A stretch of DNA of 62,291 bases, the filler included, from Basidiobolus ranarum (taxonomy: Eukaryota), in the NCBI GenBank assembly GCA_040143965.1. It is 6 parts of 6 records of this genome, joined end to end, with 100 filler letters (N's around TTAATTAATTAA, not from the genome) between each part and the next. Parts side by side here need not be neighbours in the genome. Positions count along the whole stretch, not along the records: positions 20,814 to 31,116 come from JASJQH010000720.1; positions 31,217 to 41,515 come from JASJQH010000721.1; positions 41,616 to 51,913 come from JASJQH010000722.1; 3 more parts are not named here. The stretch is one strand, 5' to 3'. This document shows, in pieces, positions 30,765-45,422 of this stretch. The position numbers and the translations under genes are program-made. The notes beneath the pieces were generated by a model. It was not told the DNA's origin, did no database searches, and saw nothing but the letters and a program-made list of their open reading frames with translations. Each line of letters opens with the position of its first letter. The first letter of the stretch is position 1.

Positions 30765-31116
30765 TTATTTTTGCTCAACGGAGACAACCTTACCAAGCAT
30801 GACAGCGGTGTTACCATCAAGGAAAGCGATACGGGAAAGACCCTCGCAGTTCTTGAAGCTATCAACGATGAGAGGTTGGATAGGAGCGAAGACAACCTCA
30901 GCGGCTTCAGCAGCCTTGAGGGAGTGAGGAGACTCGAGCTTCTTACGGCCAGTTTCCTTACCAATCTTCCACTTGAGCTCAACGATCTTGCAAGCGGCAC
31001 GACCGCAACGGACGAAACCGATGGGGGAGTATCCGGGCTTGACTTCTCCTGGGATATCAAGAGTTTGGATTTGAGCAGTGAAGTTCTTGACAGGACGGAG
31101 GGTGGTATCGTTCTTG
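30765..31116 (-). CDS. EFL: Elongation factor-like GTPase (EFL), C-terminal part
   Basis: Manual translation (absent from the ORF track): KNDTTLRPVKNFTAQIQTLDIPGEVKPGYSPIGFVRCGRAACKIVELKWKIGKETGRKKLESPHSLK...DSFKNCEGLSRIAFLDGNTAVMLGKV. These are EFL signatures rather than EF-1alpha. Confidence 0.92.
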
Positions 31117-31216
31117 NNNNNNNNNNNNNNNNNNNNNNNNNNNNNNNNNNNNNNNNNNNNTTAATTAATTAANNNNNNNNNNNNNNNNNNNNNNNNNNNN
31201 NNNNNNNNNNNNNNNN
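31117..31216. other. Artificial contig spacer
   Basis: Same linker. Confidence 0.99.
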
Positions 31217-32060
31217 GTGCCGTTAGAAAATTGGTAGGAGAAGGCAACGCATTAATCCTAGGTGCAGGAGACTTGGTCCCGTCTGAGCTCTCGCAGAGGC
31301 TGGCGTGTTTCTTGTGAAAGCTATCAAACCCATCTAAATAGAAAAATATCAGAAGTTAATGAGTGCATAACAGAGAATCGAAGATAAAAGATATACCTTT
31401 CATCCAACCAACGTTCACAGTCCCGCTAGCCATTTGAAACTTCTTTATCAAGTAGTATATGGGCGACGTATCTAACACTACGTCTGATTCTGTTCCATAA
31501 ATCACAATATATGAGAAAGTGGACCAACGACGCCACGTATCCCGGTCTTTTTCAGCCAGAGAGCTGCTGATCTTATCAAGATTGAAAGAATCTCTTTTCA
31601 ATAAGGTGTTCGGTATGCATACGTTTATAGCGCCCTTAATGCGACCACGACTGTATTGGGCGAAGGAACGGACGTCTATCAACAACATCGAATCTTTACT
31701 CGGGCCATCTTTTAAGTTGGAAGATAGTACATCGACTATAAAGTCAGTGGAGAAAGACTTCAAAGAAAGGTTATTTACAGAAGTTTGGCCATTGGCGGTG
31801 GGCTTTCGAGTAGTAGGAGGTGGTTTGAGATTACTTCCTTGGATGGGCATTTTGAAAGTAAAGCTACTAGGAGTGAAAGTTACCCCAGTGTTATTAAGGG
31901 CTCCAATAGAGGAACCGTTGGGTGAATTGGGCTGGGAGCCATTGAGAGCGCCAGCATTATTATTTCTTTGAGTGGAAGAGTGATTCATAGGAGAGTCATT
32001 TGGTAAAGAAAAATAACCGTTAGGCTCTGGAAGGGATTTCATCGAAAATTTCGAGGTCAT
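31217..32060 (-). CDS. Rhodanese-domain protein phosphatase (Pyp/Ptp3- or MKP-like), 5' part only
   Basis: LLIDVRSFAQYSRGRIKGAINVCIPNTLLKR; after an intron, GFDSF. The catalytic domain lies beyond the contig edge. Confidence 0.75.
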
Positions 32061-33051
32061 TTCGAAGACTCTTTGTTATTGTGAATATACTTGAATCGTG
32101 ACGCTTCCCTCGTGAAAACAGGATGAAACAGTTTGAAGCTTGGAAATATTATATAATTGGAGTTTAGAAAAAAATGGCCGAAAAACGAAATCTAGAAGAA
32201 GGAAGATATCTTTGAGAGGATATATACGATAAAATTAGAAATAGAAATAAAATACGAGCTCAAGTTAAGGTGAGGAACGAGTCGCTTTACAACAAAATAT
32301 ATCACAAGCGAAACGGAAAGACACAGAACAATAGTCAAACAATTTGATTAAAAGGATATGGCCGTGGGGTAGCAAAGATAAGATTGGACCAAATCCCAAT
32401 AAGTCACATATAAGAATTCCGAGAGTTTATTCAGACTTCTGCGTATTTCTATTAAAAAAAAGACAGAAAAGTAGCAACACCAAAAAAAAAATGTAGGGGA
32501 GATGCATCCCTCATTTTCCATCTTCATACATATATATATATATATAAGCTATACTTTAGATATGTTTCGCACAAGTCAGTTTTTTTATAACTAGCTGAAT
32601 GACACCATGTCTCACTAGTTTTTTGCCATGTACGAGGTTAAATTATATTCTAGAACAAACACCTATCATCAGGGATAATCTATCTTAGATCCAGCTGAAC
32701 CAGAAATTCATATGGTTTCATGATCTTCTCTCGCGATCAATTAATCGTACTTGGCTGAGCATTCAGATTAGTATTCAGATTCAATGGTAATTCAATGCTA
32801 GTTGTAACCAAAGCTTCGCCTGATTGGTATGGAATATGCAATGTGGCATTTGGTTAGACAAACATCTGAAACGCAAGCATTGAGTGAGTTTGACTTACGC
32901 GTGTTGTACGTGCAGCTACGACATTTTGTTGATGTAAGTAAATATTGTATTCGGATTATTCAGGAAGGTGAAGAGCATTCAGAGTGAATAAGATGTATGT
33001 TCATATCAGTTTCCCAACTTAATTTTCTCATTTGACCCAATAGCTACTTGT

Positions 33052-33795
33052 AGTTTAGTTTGCGGAGTTACGAGCTCATGGTGGATCTTCCTTCAACAGT
33101 TTTAAAGAGATATTGATGCTAACTCAGGTAAACGATTTTAATCATGCCAACTAGCTACGACAGTTACAATATATTGCGTTGAATAATATGGCTTTATGCT
33201 ACTTTCTAATCGATGTTGTTAGCCTACTTTGATCAATACTCGAGGTATTGAGAAGGGTTCCGAGCCAATAGAGGTTTTACATATGCCGGAAACTCAAAGA
33301 ATCATTAAACTATCAGATTCTTTGACTCTTACCGTAGGTGAGATATTGAGCAACCGTTCAAAAGTGGGCTCTTTGATATTCAATAACCGAGATTCTACGT
33401 GTTGTCTTTTAAAAATCCATGATCAACATGATAAACAACAAACCTTCTGGATTCACGAGTTTTTACTTACTTCCGAAAGCTTACTGATGTCGCATATATT
33501 TCGTAAGTCTATATTTTCCACACACCCTCTAACTGCTGATGAGATCATTTGTAAGGATATTGTGCCTGTAAAGATGGTCGATGGTGATGGTAAGGAGTAT
33601 GAGGAAATACACCTGGAAATCCCTTGTGTGGAGACATTTGAGCCTTTGTTGCGTTGGTTATATAGCCGCAATGATGACGATTGGATCAAAACCTTCACTG
33701 AGGAGAATTTTGATCAAGTTCTCGCAAACGTAGCGTTTATGCGTTTGAGTTTCGAAGCTTATGATGTATGTGCTCGATTCTATGAAGATCTGTAG
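33052..33795 (+). CDS. BTB/POZ-like domain protein; 5' exons uncertain
   Basis: FWIHEFLLTSES and IHLEIPCVETFEPLLRWLY. An upstream exon (…KEILMLTQ|gt) splices in frame. Confidence 0.6.
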
Positions 33796-34303
33796 ACTAC
33801 TCCCAATAATACCAATGTATACGGTATATAATAATTCCAAAACACCTCTATGATACGATACAATTGAAAAGAAGTATGAAATGCACATTGACTTCCTCGC
33901 CTTCAACTTGTACTCTAACCAATTAGTTTACTGTATGGATTCTGGGAATTTCATCGTCCAGACTACTTGAATATAATTCTCTCACAAACATACCTAAGGA
34001 TATCCATCTCTTATCGGTAGTGTTCATACTTTCAAATACTTTTATTACATCTTTAAATTTGTATATCTCTATACCAAGCACTTTAATCATACGAATTTAT
34101 CAATATTAAATAATTAATTGAGCATTGGAGTATTTTTTCTAAATTGTTAATCAAGTTCTAAAGAATTTGATTTCAGTATGGAACATAAAGTTTGGTAAGA
34201 AAAAAATCCATTTCATGATTAAAAATCGTTGAAATTTCCAGATATTTATTTTATATTACAAGAATGGATCCTAAATCCATGAATCTTATAGATACTTTTG
34301 TAA

Positions 34304-36139
<1,836 letters not shown>

Positions 36140-36430
36140 CTCGTTTGGCTTGGTAGCTTCACTCATTCCATTCATCAAGAGGAATTTACAGGTTTTTACT
36201 TTTCAACGTGTTCTTATTTCCTTTTTTATTTCAACTATATTGTAAAAGGGTACGACATGGATGACCACAATGAAATTATCTTGGATAAAATAAATTGTTT
36301 GTATGGTATTGTATCATAAAAATCTTGTATAAAATTCTTCCTTAGGCGATACGCTCAATAAAACTCATTTAAGAAAAGCTACTTTCGTATGATTACAACT
36401 TCGATATGCGGTATGTGTTATGTGGTGTAT

Positions 36431-38355
36431 CTAGTGTTTAGTTTCATCATCAAAGGAGTTCTCCGGTGTGGTAACTTTGGTTTTAGAGAAGTTGTCTGCA
36501 ATGGAAGATATTTGATCCGCTGAGGTTGCTGATCCAGGTAACCAGGGGTTAGTAGTATCTAGACTATCTTTGCTTGAAGCTTGATCAAAGATAGCTGACT
36601 CAGAGACAGCGGGTGCGGCTTTGGAGGAAATATCGAAAGCGTTACTACTCTCTTGAGACAAGGTTGGAGCTGTTGAGGTAGAAAGTGCTGGATTTTCCAA
36701 AATACTAGCATCTGATTCTGGATTTGTGGCACCACTAAATGAGATAGGTGCACTGGTACTGTCATCTTCTTTAGCAATTGTGGGGATGGTTGGAGGAACA
36801 ATAGTTGAAGCTTCAGGTGAACCAAACGATGTCACTGTTTCTGTGGTAGTGGGAAATGAAATAGGAGCACTAGTGCTATTATCTTCATCAGCGAGGGTGG
36901 GCATAGTGGGTGCAGCAATAGTTGAGGCCTCAGGGGCACTAAAAGATGTCACAGGCTCTGAGGCAGTAGTGTGGCTAGGGATGGCAGTCTCCTCATCTTC
37001 TTTAGCTAAGATAGGAATAGTTGGTGCAACAACAGCTGAGGTTTCAGGTGCACTAAAAGAGGGTACTGGCTCTGCAGCAGAATAAAGAGAAACAGGGTCA
37101 CTAGAAGTGCTAAAATTTGTAGTGGGAATAGGTTCAGCAGTAATGTTTGTGTTCTTAGTAGGGTATGAATGGATGGATTCCTTTGGCTCACTAGGCACTA
37201 TTCCCTCGGTTGATACGGATACGAAGCCAGTGTTGTCCGGTGTAGTACGAGGAGGCATACGTGGAGGCGCAGAATCTTAAAAGAGATGTTAAGAACATAT
37301 TCATGAAATAAATGCGAAGGAATATTGTGGATTGCCGAAACATACTTTGAAATGGTGTGTTAATGATAGACGCGGATCTCATATCATCAGGATCATCCAG
37401 GAAATCAGAGTTATTGTATCGAGCTATAAACATAGATGCAAAAAGTGAGTAGTCAGCTGAGCATCAGTAATATGCTGCCATATTTACATGATTCATTGTA
37501 GGTTCGCGCAGGGTTCTGTCCTGGGCCACTGGTTTGATTGTAGCCTGTATTTTGGCTTTAAAGAGATCGAGTTAGTCCAAATACTAGCTTATACTCATAA
37601 ATGCTATCATATTTACCCGTTTTGCCCTTGGTGAGGCATTTGTTGTCCATACAAATCATCGTCTTCAGGGGTTATGAGACGGTTGTACATTTCTTTGATC
37701 TTTTTCACAGTAGCTTAAATTAATGGGATATTAGTATTACACTAAGGTACACCTCTGTAAATAAAGTGAACTTACTATCAGTGAAGACATTGAATTTATC
37801 CTTGATTTCTTGGAGCGTAGGATCCACTATATAGACATACATTAAAAAAGAGGAGAGTTAATAATTAGAACGTCACAATCAGGTCCATTTATATGAACTT
37901 ACAGTCGTTTGAACCGGAATTACGCGTAGGCAAAGGTGGACGAGTGGGAGGTTGCGCTTGCGCTTGTGCTTGTGCTGCTTGTCTCTCCTCTTCGGCCATC
38001 AATGCTCGAGCTAAATCTTCGTCTGCCCTCAACTGCTGCTCAGAAGTAGAAGTTATCACTGAGGTTAACTAATAAAGCAAGATGTTATTGACAGGTCAAG
38101 TTAAAATGAGACAGGTGGGTAACTTACATCTTCAGCTGGAAGTTGTTGTTCAGGCTGAGGGGCAGGGTTGTCAGCCTGGAGGGGGATTTCCTCTGGAATG
38201 TAATTCGGGTCAGTAATGGAAAGCATAGCGTTGATACTGGCCTCCAAGTTTCCGTTATGAGATTGAAATACAGCTTGACAAACTTCTTCATCAGCTTCTG
38301 GAAAAAGTTCACATAATTGTTTAAGTTGCTCGGAGATGGGAGTATTTGTGGTCAT
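36431..38355 (-). CDS. CUE-domain ubiquitin-binding protein (Cue5-like), multi-exon, long S/T/P/A-rich tail
   Basis: QLCELFPEADEEVCQAV...NLEASINAML (CUE domain), followed in the next exon by QLRADEDLARAL. Confidence 0.75.
36725..37072 (-). repeat. Three ~38-39-aa coding tandem repeats in the CUE protein tail
   Basis: EPVPSFSAPETSAVVAPTIPILAKED / EPVTSFSAPEASTIAAPTMPTLADED / ETVTSFGSPEASTIVPPTIPTIAKED. Confidence 0.9.
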
Positions 38356-39759
38356 ATTATGTTAAGGACTAGAGTGTATCTTGTCAACCTTGTTTATGGA
38401 TCGCTTTATATAACGTGATTTTTCAGATATGCTCTTGGCAATATTCAAGATTGCGTGAGTTGTGATATCCCTCCCATTCCTTGATGTGAAATGATTATAA
38501 GCAGTATTGGAATGCGTGTTTATGATTTGATCACGATTACTTCATCCAATCAATCCTGTTTACATTTTAGTAAGGTGGGACCAAGTAATGAGTGATGTAA
38601 TCAGAGGGTCTTGGCTAACTAACTAAAGCCTAATTGAACTAAGACTATTGACCATCAATACATTCAGTACCTTGATTTGGGAATAAAAGTCAAGGTTTGG
38701 CATTCAGAAGCAGCGAGATAACATAATAAATGCCATTAATACTTTTGTTGAAAGCAATTATTACTTCTTTATGGTTTTAACACATGGCGCTTGGCATTAA
38801 CCACAGATTCTTAGAGCTGGTGAAAGGGTATAGCAATACCACCTGGATAGTAAACAAAGAACATCTTTATTGGCAGAAATCGAAACATCTAGGAAACGTA
38901 GAGAGGACATAATATTCAAAGGCTGCTCTTCAAGCCGTTTCCTTCAACCTCTGAACATACTTGGAAGTGTACATGACATTGTATCAGAATATCTACTCCC
39001 TCTTCAATAATCAATTCCTGTATTATAGTGCTATATGTCAAATCAACCCATTTTAAGCCGATTTGTGATTAAATAACCAACTTTGCTTAACTAAGTGTAT
39101 AATGATGGATAAAAAGAAGGCACAGTTATTGATTCAGAATTGAATATGGATAAAGTGGCTGCGGCTAATTTAGCTACATATATGATTCAATTGTAGGGGA
39201 GTAAGTGGGGTTAAATCGATTAATTTCTCCAAGGAAAATCAGGAGATCATTCATCACCTTATAAAATATAACCATCTTACCCTCAACACTAGGCTAAACG
39301 TGGGAATCAACGTCATTTCTTAGTTCAAATGGTACGTTCGGCACTTTGATGATCATCAGACATTCTGCAGTCGATTGGTAAGGTGGTTTTAACCGAGGAG
39401 CCGGTCTTGTTACTATCACAGGATTTTTTTATAATGGCCCGAATGGCCAATAGTAGAATTCTACTCTTGTAATCAGTAATTACTGGTTTAGAGTAATGAA
39501 TTTAGCAAAGAATTTACCCTTTACCCTGGAATATGTCAAAGAATATCTCCTGCACTGGCCGTATTTTAACTCATTGGAGAGATCGAGGATCACTGTAATG
39601 ATTCGCTATTCTTTTCTCTTATATGGGAATTTCGGATAAATTACTCCTCAATCATTGGCTTTCAAGTGACAGCTTAGGTAACAGTAAATGTTACCCCAGC
39701 GGGGTATATAAACCATGGAATACACAGTCCAATATTCATTCATCTTTCTCTCATCTAAC

Positions 39760-41320
39760 ATGTATTCAACAGCACGATTACCCTACGAAATCTTAGAAAA
39801 CATATTTACTTTACTGGCTGACGACCCACATTCTTCTTTGTATCATTGCGCTCTTGTATGTAGAGATTGGAAGGACACGGCTAATAGTGTACTGTGGAAG
39901 AAGCCTGTAGTGGGTACTAAAGAGTCTAAAGAGTTATGCTTAGCCATGGCTAAGCAGAGTCCATTGCGTACGTATTCTCACTACCTCCTTGATATATAGT
40001 CAGCCATCTCATTTTGATTTGCCAATTTTAGTCGCATCTTATATACAAGAATGGTCACATGAAAGTAAATCACTCAACGCTGAATTGCTACCATTTCTTC
40101 CAAACCTCCGTAACATTAGCTATATATTGGCACGTACATTAAAACTTGAGGCCTTCTCGAGACCTTGGGGTTTACGCCGTATTGATCATCTAGATTACTG
40201 CGCTACTGATGGGCCAAGGGTATTTCAAGATCTTGTGGACCATTGTCCTCAACTAGAGAGGTTGACAATCCGCATAAACACTTTAAACGAGGTGGCCAGT
40301 TTTGAGGACTGGAGTAGCATTCGAAAAGTTCACTCCCTCAAGCATCTAAAGATCATTAATTCGGAGTATGGAGTTGGCAAAAACCAACCTTCCTTCATTC
40401 AAAGTTTTACCTCAAGGTTACCCAACTTGAAGAGCTTAGAAATCGAGAGTTTTTCATTTAATGGACACGAAATTGATGGCTTGTCAAAGAATTGCCATAA
40501 ATTGGATGACCTAAGTCTTATCACCACTATATTAGGTCAATATCAGGTTGATTGTCTTGCTGATGAGCTGAGTAACGGTATCGGAGAGCGAGTCAAAACA
40601 CTGCAGTTGAGTGTTTCGCGTATCTCTAAGGAGGAGCTTAATCTGGCCAAGATCTTTTCCGCACTATCATCAGTGTCAGAGCTATCGTTACATCGTTTCG
40701 AGCTAGACGATGAGTCGCTACAGGCCTTAGTAGGTTGCACTCAAGGATCGCTAACTAAGCTGAAACTTGGATTCATCAGTCCTTCGTCGAATGGATTCTT
40801 CTATTATCACACAAGCGCCCAACTCTGGGACCAATTCTTCGCTGGTGTCCGCAATTCTCTAGTGGACGTTACCTTCAACGAGAGCTTTGGGAACTTCAGA
40901 GATATGATTTCATCGGGTGTTGCCAAGCACTGCTGCAAACTTCAAAAGCTAACTATCAAGCATCATGACGACAGCTTTGTTTGTCCCATCATTCGAGGAT
41001 GTGGTAGAAGTTTGAGACACCTTGAATACTCTGAATGCTTTGTCACTGAGAATACATTGGCAACCATATTCGACTATACCTTCAATTTGGAGAGTTTAGT
41101 CATTAAGGAGCATAAGCATAACACCTACAGGCCCAAGGTAAATCCTCAGCAATTCTGTGGCTTTTTGAACCGCTCCGTAAGTCTACATCATTTGACCATG
41201 GTAGGGGTGGAGGTTGACGATGGCACGATGGCAGATATTGTCAAGCACAAGTTGACCTCTGTGAGCCTGGGTAAAGCCAGCCCCAATCGTGATGTAAAGC
41301 CAGCAGACAGTACACATTAA
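39760..41320 (+). CDS. F-box/LRR (RNI-like) protein
   Basis: RLPYEILENIF...CALVCRDW (F-box) plus LRR-like repeats. A 64-nt GT-AG intron at 39968-40031 joins the two ORFs in frame. Confidence 0.85.
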
Positions 41321-41515
41321 GTTGGCACATAAATAAGCCATATCAATTGTAATCTAATACTTGCACCCCACTGTATATATCTTCATTTAAATAACACTTG
41401 AATAAATCCAATATATTGCTACATCCTGTCAGTTGAACTCCGGTTTCATAATGGGTGTTCATTATTCTGCGCTCATTCCACGCTCATTCCACGATGTAAA
41501 GTGAATTCTGAGATA

Positions 41516-41615
41516 NNNNNNNNNNNNNNNNNNNNNNNNNNNNNNNNNNNNNNNNNNNNTTAATTAATTAANNNNNNNNNNNNNNNNNNNNNNNNNNNNN
41601 NNNNNNNNNNNNNNN
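41516..41615. other. Artificial contig spacer
   Basis: Same linker. Confidence 0.99.
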
Positions 41616-42412
41616 TTCCACCAAAATGTATAAATACTATATTTCTGGACAATAAATAATTATCTCACAAAGCTATTCATAACTCCACTTTTCTAAAGTT
41701 CCTCCAAACTTCCCATATTTTCCCAATAAAAGAAGGTCTCTGGAACATGTGTGCAAAGTTTGGGGCTTCTAGCATAGTTTTGAAAAATCCATATATCTGA
41801 GAACTTCTAAGTTGGTAAAAATATTCCCAGTAAATTCCAATTGAGAACAATGGGTACAATCACACAAATTCTTCTAGTTCTCCAAACCACTTCCAACCAA
41901 TTCCTAAAATACTTTGACACAAGGTAGAGTTTTATAATGCTAGCTAATGTAGTAGATGCAATGAAAAAATTAGTTAATGTTGGAAAGAAGATTGTAGAGT
42001 GAGAACAAAAAGCTACTGCTAATTTCATTAGGTATTACTTACAGCCTCATTACCGGTGATATAGATGTATTGGGCTATATGCTAGCGGCAGTCGGGGCTA
42101 TTGGAGATCTAGTTGACCTGTATAGGTTAGATAAGAGCTTTAAAGAAATAGGTATCACCGCTCGTGGACTGAAAAAAGGAACTACTGTTAAATGGTTTCA
42201 ACATCTAAATGCTAATGATATTAAACTTAAGGCTGATAGGTGTATGAGATAATCACATTGATATAATGAGTGGGACAAATGATTAAATAATTGAACCTGT
42301 TTATTGGGACAAAAGTGAAGATATTCAAATTCTTGAGAATCATTGGGCTCTTGGGAAAGGCTTTTGAAGGCAAAGGTTGAAGTATGCTATCTAATTTGGA
42401 TGATTGATATCA

Positions 42413-43670
42413 CTAAGCGTCACTAGGTGGTGAAGGCCAAGAATAATTTCTATGAGGTTTCAACAATTCAAGGATGCTTTCCAAGGCCTTAGATTCCGCC
42501 TCAGGTTTTAGTATATTGTGATTTATACGTCTTTGAACTTCCGTGAATTGTTCATAAGCACGTTGAATCTCTTCCGGTTTACAACATCCGATAACGGTAC
42601 TGGTTAATCCTTGATATTCGAAAGAATATTTCGATGCGATATCCGAAATACATACACCGTGAGTGTGACAAATTTCTTTGGCCTTGTTGACTGCTTCTTT
42701 CATCTCTTGTGAACCTGGATGCCATTCTGGTGTCACTCCATCTCGAAATAAGCCCATACTTAATGGGGAAGCATCGATTAAATGACCGACACCGGCCTTG
42801 ATAAACTCCGGTTGGTAATCACGATACAATGTATTTTGAAGGGTATTATGACAGTAGGATAGAACCACATCTAACGGTTGATTACGCTCTGACTGTATAC
42901 GAGCGATATTCAAAAGAGTATCCAGTGGATAACCTGCAATAAAGAATCTATTAATGCACCATTCAACATTGATTTCAATATTTTTAGGTACCTGATATTC
43001 CTACCCAGCGAATCTTTCCCTCTTTCTAAAATTTTCAATATTAATTCCAAGTAAATATTCATATCTTAAAGGGGATTATATCTACCTTTAGTTGGAATAG
43101 TTGTGGTAAAGTCTCCTGGATAATTTGATCTATGTTGACGAATTCTACGTCGTGACAAAATACAATATCCAAATAATCCGTGTTTAAACGTCTCATACTC
43201 TCCTTGACACTATCCACCACTCGTTGTCCCGAATAATCAAAGTCTTTCTTGAAATAACCGTAGCGACCAATCTTGGTAGAAATATAATAAGTAGAACGTG
43301 GGTACTTCTTCTGAACTTTCTTCAACCCTTCTCCCAGTACCACTTCACTATCACCATAGTAAGGTGAAGTGTCAAAATAGTTGATCCCTATTAAATATAC
43401 ACCCCTCTAGCCATTAAAACTCAACTTTCTATTGAAAATATTTCCTGTCTAATTCACACTAACCGAGGTCTAAAGAACGCTCAACTGCCGCATGACATTC
43501 TTCTTCAGATATGGCGTGGTAAGCTCCACCGAAAGGACCTGCACCAAATCCAAGTTTTGGTAAATTTATCTCCCCAAAAGACTGAAAAATGAAGAAATTA
43601 GTTAACTAGTGAGGTAAATGGATATACACACTGAATACCCACCCTATCTGCACCATTGGATGTTGTCATG
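42413..43670 (-). CDS. Aldo-keto reductase, D-arabinose/L-galactose dehydrogenase type (ARA2-like)
   Basis: LGFGAG, INYFDTSPYYG, ISTKIGRYG, YLDIVFCHDVEF, GISGYPL, ASPLSMGL; multi-exon. Confidence 0.88.
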
Positions 43671-44159
43671 GATTCGGTGGGTGGTGTTGGAAAGGATGAG
43701 TCAAAATTTGCTTCGACAATGGCATCGAATGTTGCTCGTTATATATACTATTTGTAATGGCATTATTCTCTTGCATCATTTATTAAAATTATCGAGAATT
43801 GACAATGATCGATGATTTCACGTGGAAAATAGAGCAGGTTCTGTTTGTTTAATAATAGTGGTTATGTAATCAAACAATACAAGTGCAATCAAAAGAAGTT
43901 AAAAAATACAGATGCAGTGGACGATTATTACTATACATGACAGAGAAAGAGAGAAGGGGGGAAAGGACTAACAATTAAATACACAAAATAAGTGAAGGAA
44001 ATCGAGTGATCTAAATCAAAGGCCCTCGATTAAGGAGAATATATATATATATAAGTGAGGTCTAGTAAAACTTCAGGTGTAGTGATGTTGGCCGCTAATC
44101 CGATTTTTGTTCTTTCGAGGTAATAGTAGTGGTGACAGTTATAAAAAATTAAAGCCGAT

Positions 44160-45422
44160 TCAGTTGACTAATTGGCAACCTTTCTCAAGGTGACGAACTA
44201 GAGCATCCCGCCTTGAGAACTCTTTCTCGCATTCGTCACAATGGTACAATGACGTAGCCTTATGAACAGCCGCTAAATGACGAGTCAAGTCATGCTTACG
44301 TCCAAAGGCTTTAGGGCATTCGGTGCATTTGAATGGGCGTGCAAGATCTGGGAAATGACTCCTTAGATGAACATTAAGATTGAATTTCCGAGCAAAGCCT
44401 TTGTCGCACCCCTGATAGCTACATACATATTTCTTGTTCTTTATAGCTGCTAACCGAGATTTGGAAGACTCTTGTGGCGCTGGTACTGTAAAGATGTCCT
44501 TATCTGGTGTGGTTGATGTTGAAGCAGGACATTCGGAGTTTTGATGTGAGTCAGCGATTTCCTCAAGAGGAGCAAACAATGAAAACGCGGTAGAATATTT
44601 CTCCTTTTCGTTATTGCAAAGCTCATTGTAAATATCTGCCTCGTTTCCAAATTGAAGAAAGTTCATATTCCTGATTGAATCAGCAGCTGATGGATCAACA
44701 GGTGTCCCAGGAGTCGAGAAGCTATCACACTCGAAATCGGTAGCAGGTGTGAGGAAAGGAGTCAAGTCAATACCCTCGGGAAATATATTAGGGGTGCCAT
44801 GGAGCATGGCGGGAGAGAAGATATCTGCAGCGGTATGAAGTGGGGTGTTGGCAAGAGAATTGAAATCAAAACTATTCTCAGGTTGGACGAAAGGAGTATC
44901 CATTGAGATCGGCATGATAAATCCAGATGTATCAACATCCGATACAAGTTGTTGGGTGTTAAAGTCCTCCAAACTCAGTGTAAGAGGAGTATCTATTACC
45001 CCCGACGAGTCTGATATTGGTATGTCAAAATCATTCGATGTAGGGATAAACGGTGTGTTGAAGAGTGGCATGGAGCCTTCGTAACCTATGCTTGGACTAA
45101 ACGGCATCAACATATCATTGAAGCAATCAACAACAGGTGTGAAAGGTGTGGACATTAATGGAACAGGATCGAATGTATCGATTGAAGGAGTATATGGAGT
45201 AGTGAAAGCATTATCAAGAGTAGCGAAAGCGTCAACAGAGAGGTTGGGCTGGCTGTCCGCAAACTGATAATCATTCAAAACACCAGATTGAAGTGGATAA
45301 TGGTCATCAACACCTTCATCATTATCGTAAAGCTGGAAATCGTTGACTAAGAAGGCATCACTGTGCTCCGCAGTGATTGCAGAATCAGAATGATGAAAGT
45401 CAGCAGTTGCTAGTAAAGACAT
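44160..45422 (-). CDS. C2H2 zinc-finger transcription factor
   Basis: Acidic Pro/Thr-rich N-terminus and three C-terminal fingers (CSYQGC..H..SH, CTEC..H..VH, CDEC..H..C). First ATG at 45422. Confidence 0.9.
   Translation of the reverse strand: MSLLATADFHHSDSAITAEHSDAFLVNDFQLYDNDEGVDDHYPLQSGVLNDYQFADSQPNLSVDAFATLDNAFTTPYTPSIDTFDPVPLMSTPFTPVVDCFNDMLMPFSPSIGYEGSMPLFNTPFIPTSNDFDIPISDSSGVIDTPLTLSLEDFNTQQLVSDVDTSGFIMPISMDTPFVQPENSFDFNSLANTPLHTAADIFSPAMLHGTPNIFPEGIDLTPFLTPATDFECDSFSTPGTPVDPSAADSIRNMNFLQFGNEADIYNELCNNEKEKYSTAFSLFAPLEEIADSHQNSECPASTSTTPDKDIFTVPAPQESSKSRLAAIKNKKYVCSYQGCDKGFARKFNLNVHLRSHFPDLARPFKCTECPKAFGRKHDLTRHLAAVHKATSLYHCDECEKEFSRRDALVRHLEKGCQLVN

Noticed and set aside
39960-40035. 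Apparent frameshift between the F-box and LRR ORFs
   Set aside because: A canonical 64-nt intron (GTACGT...TTTTAG, 39968-40031) restores the frame.
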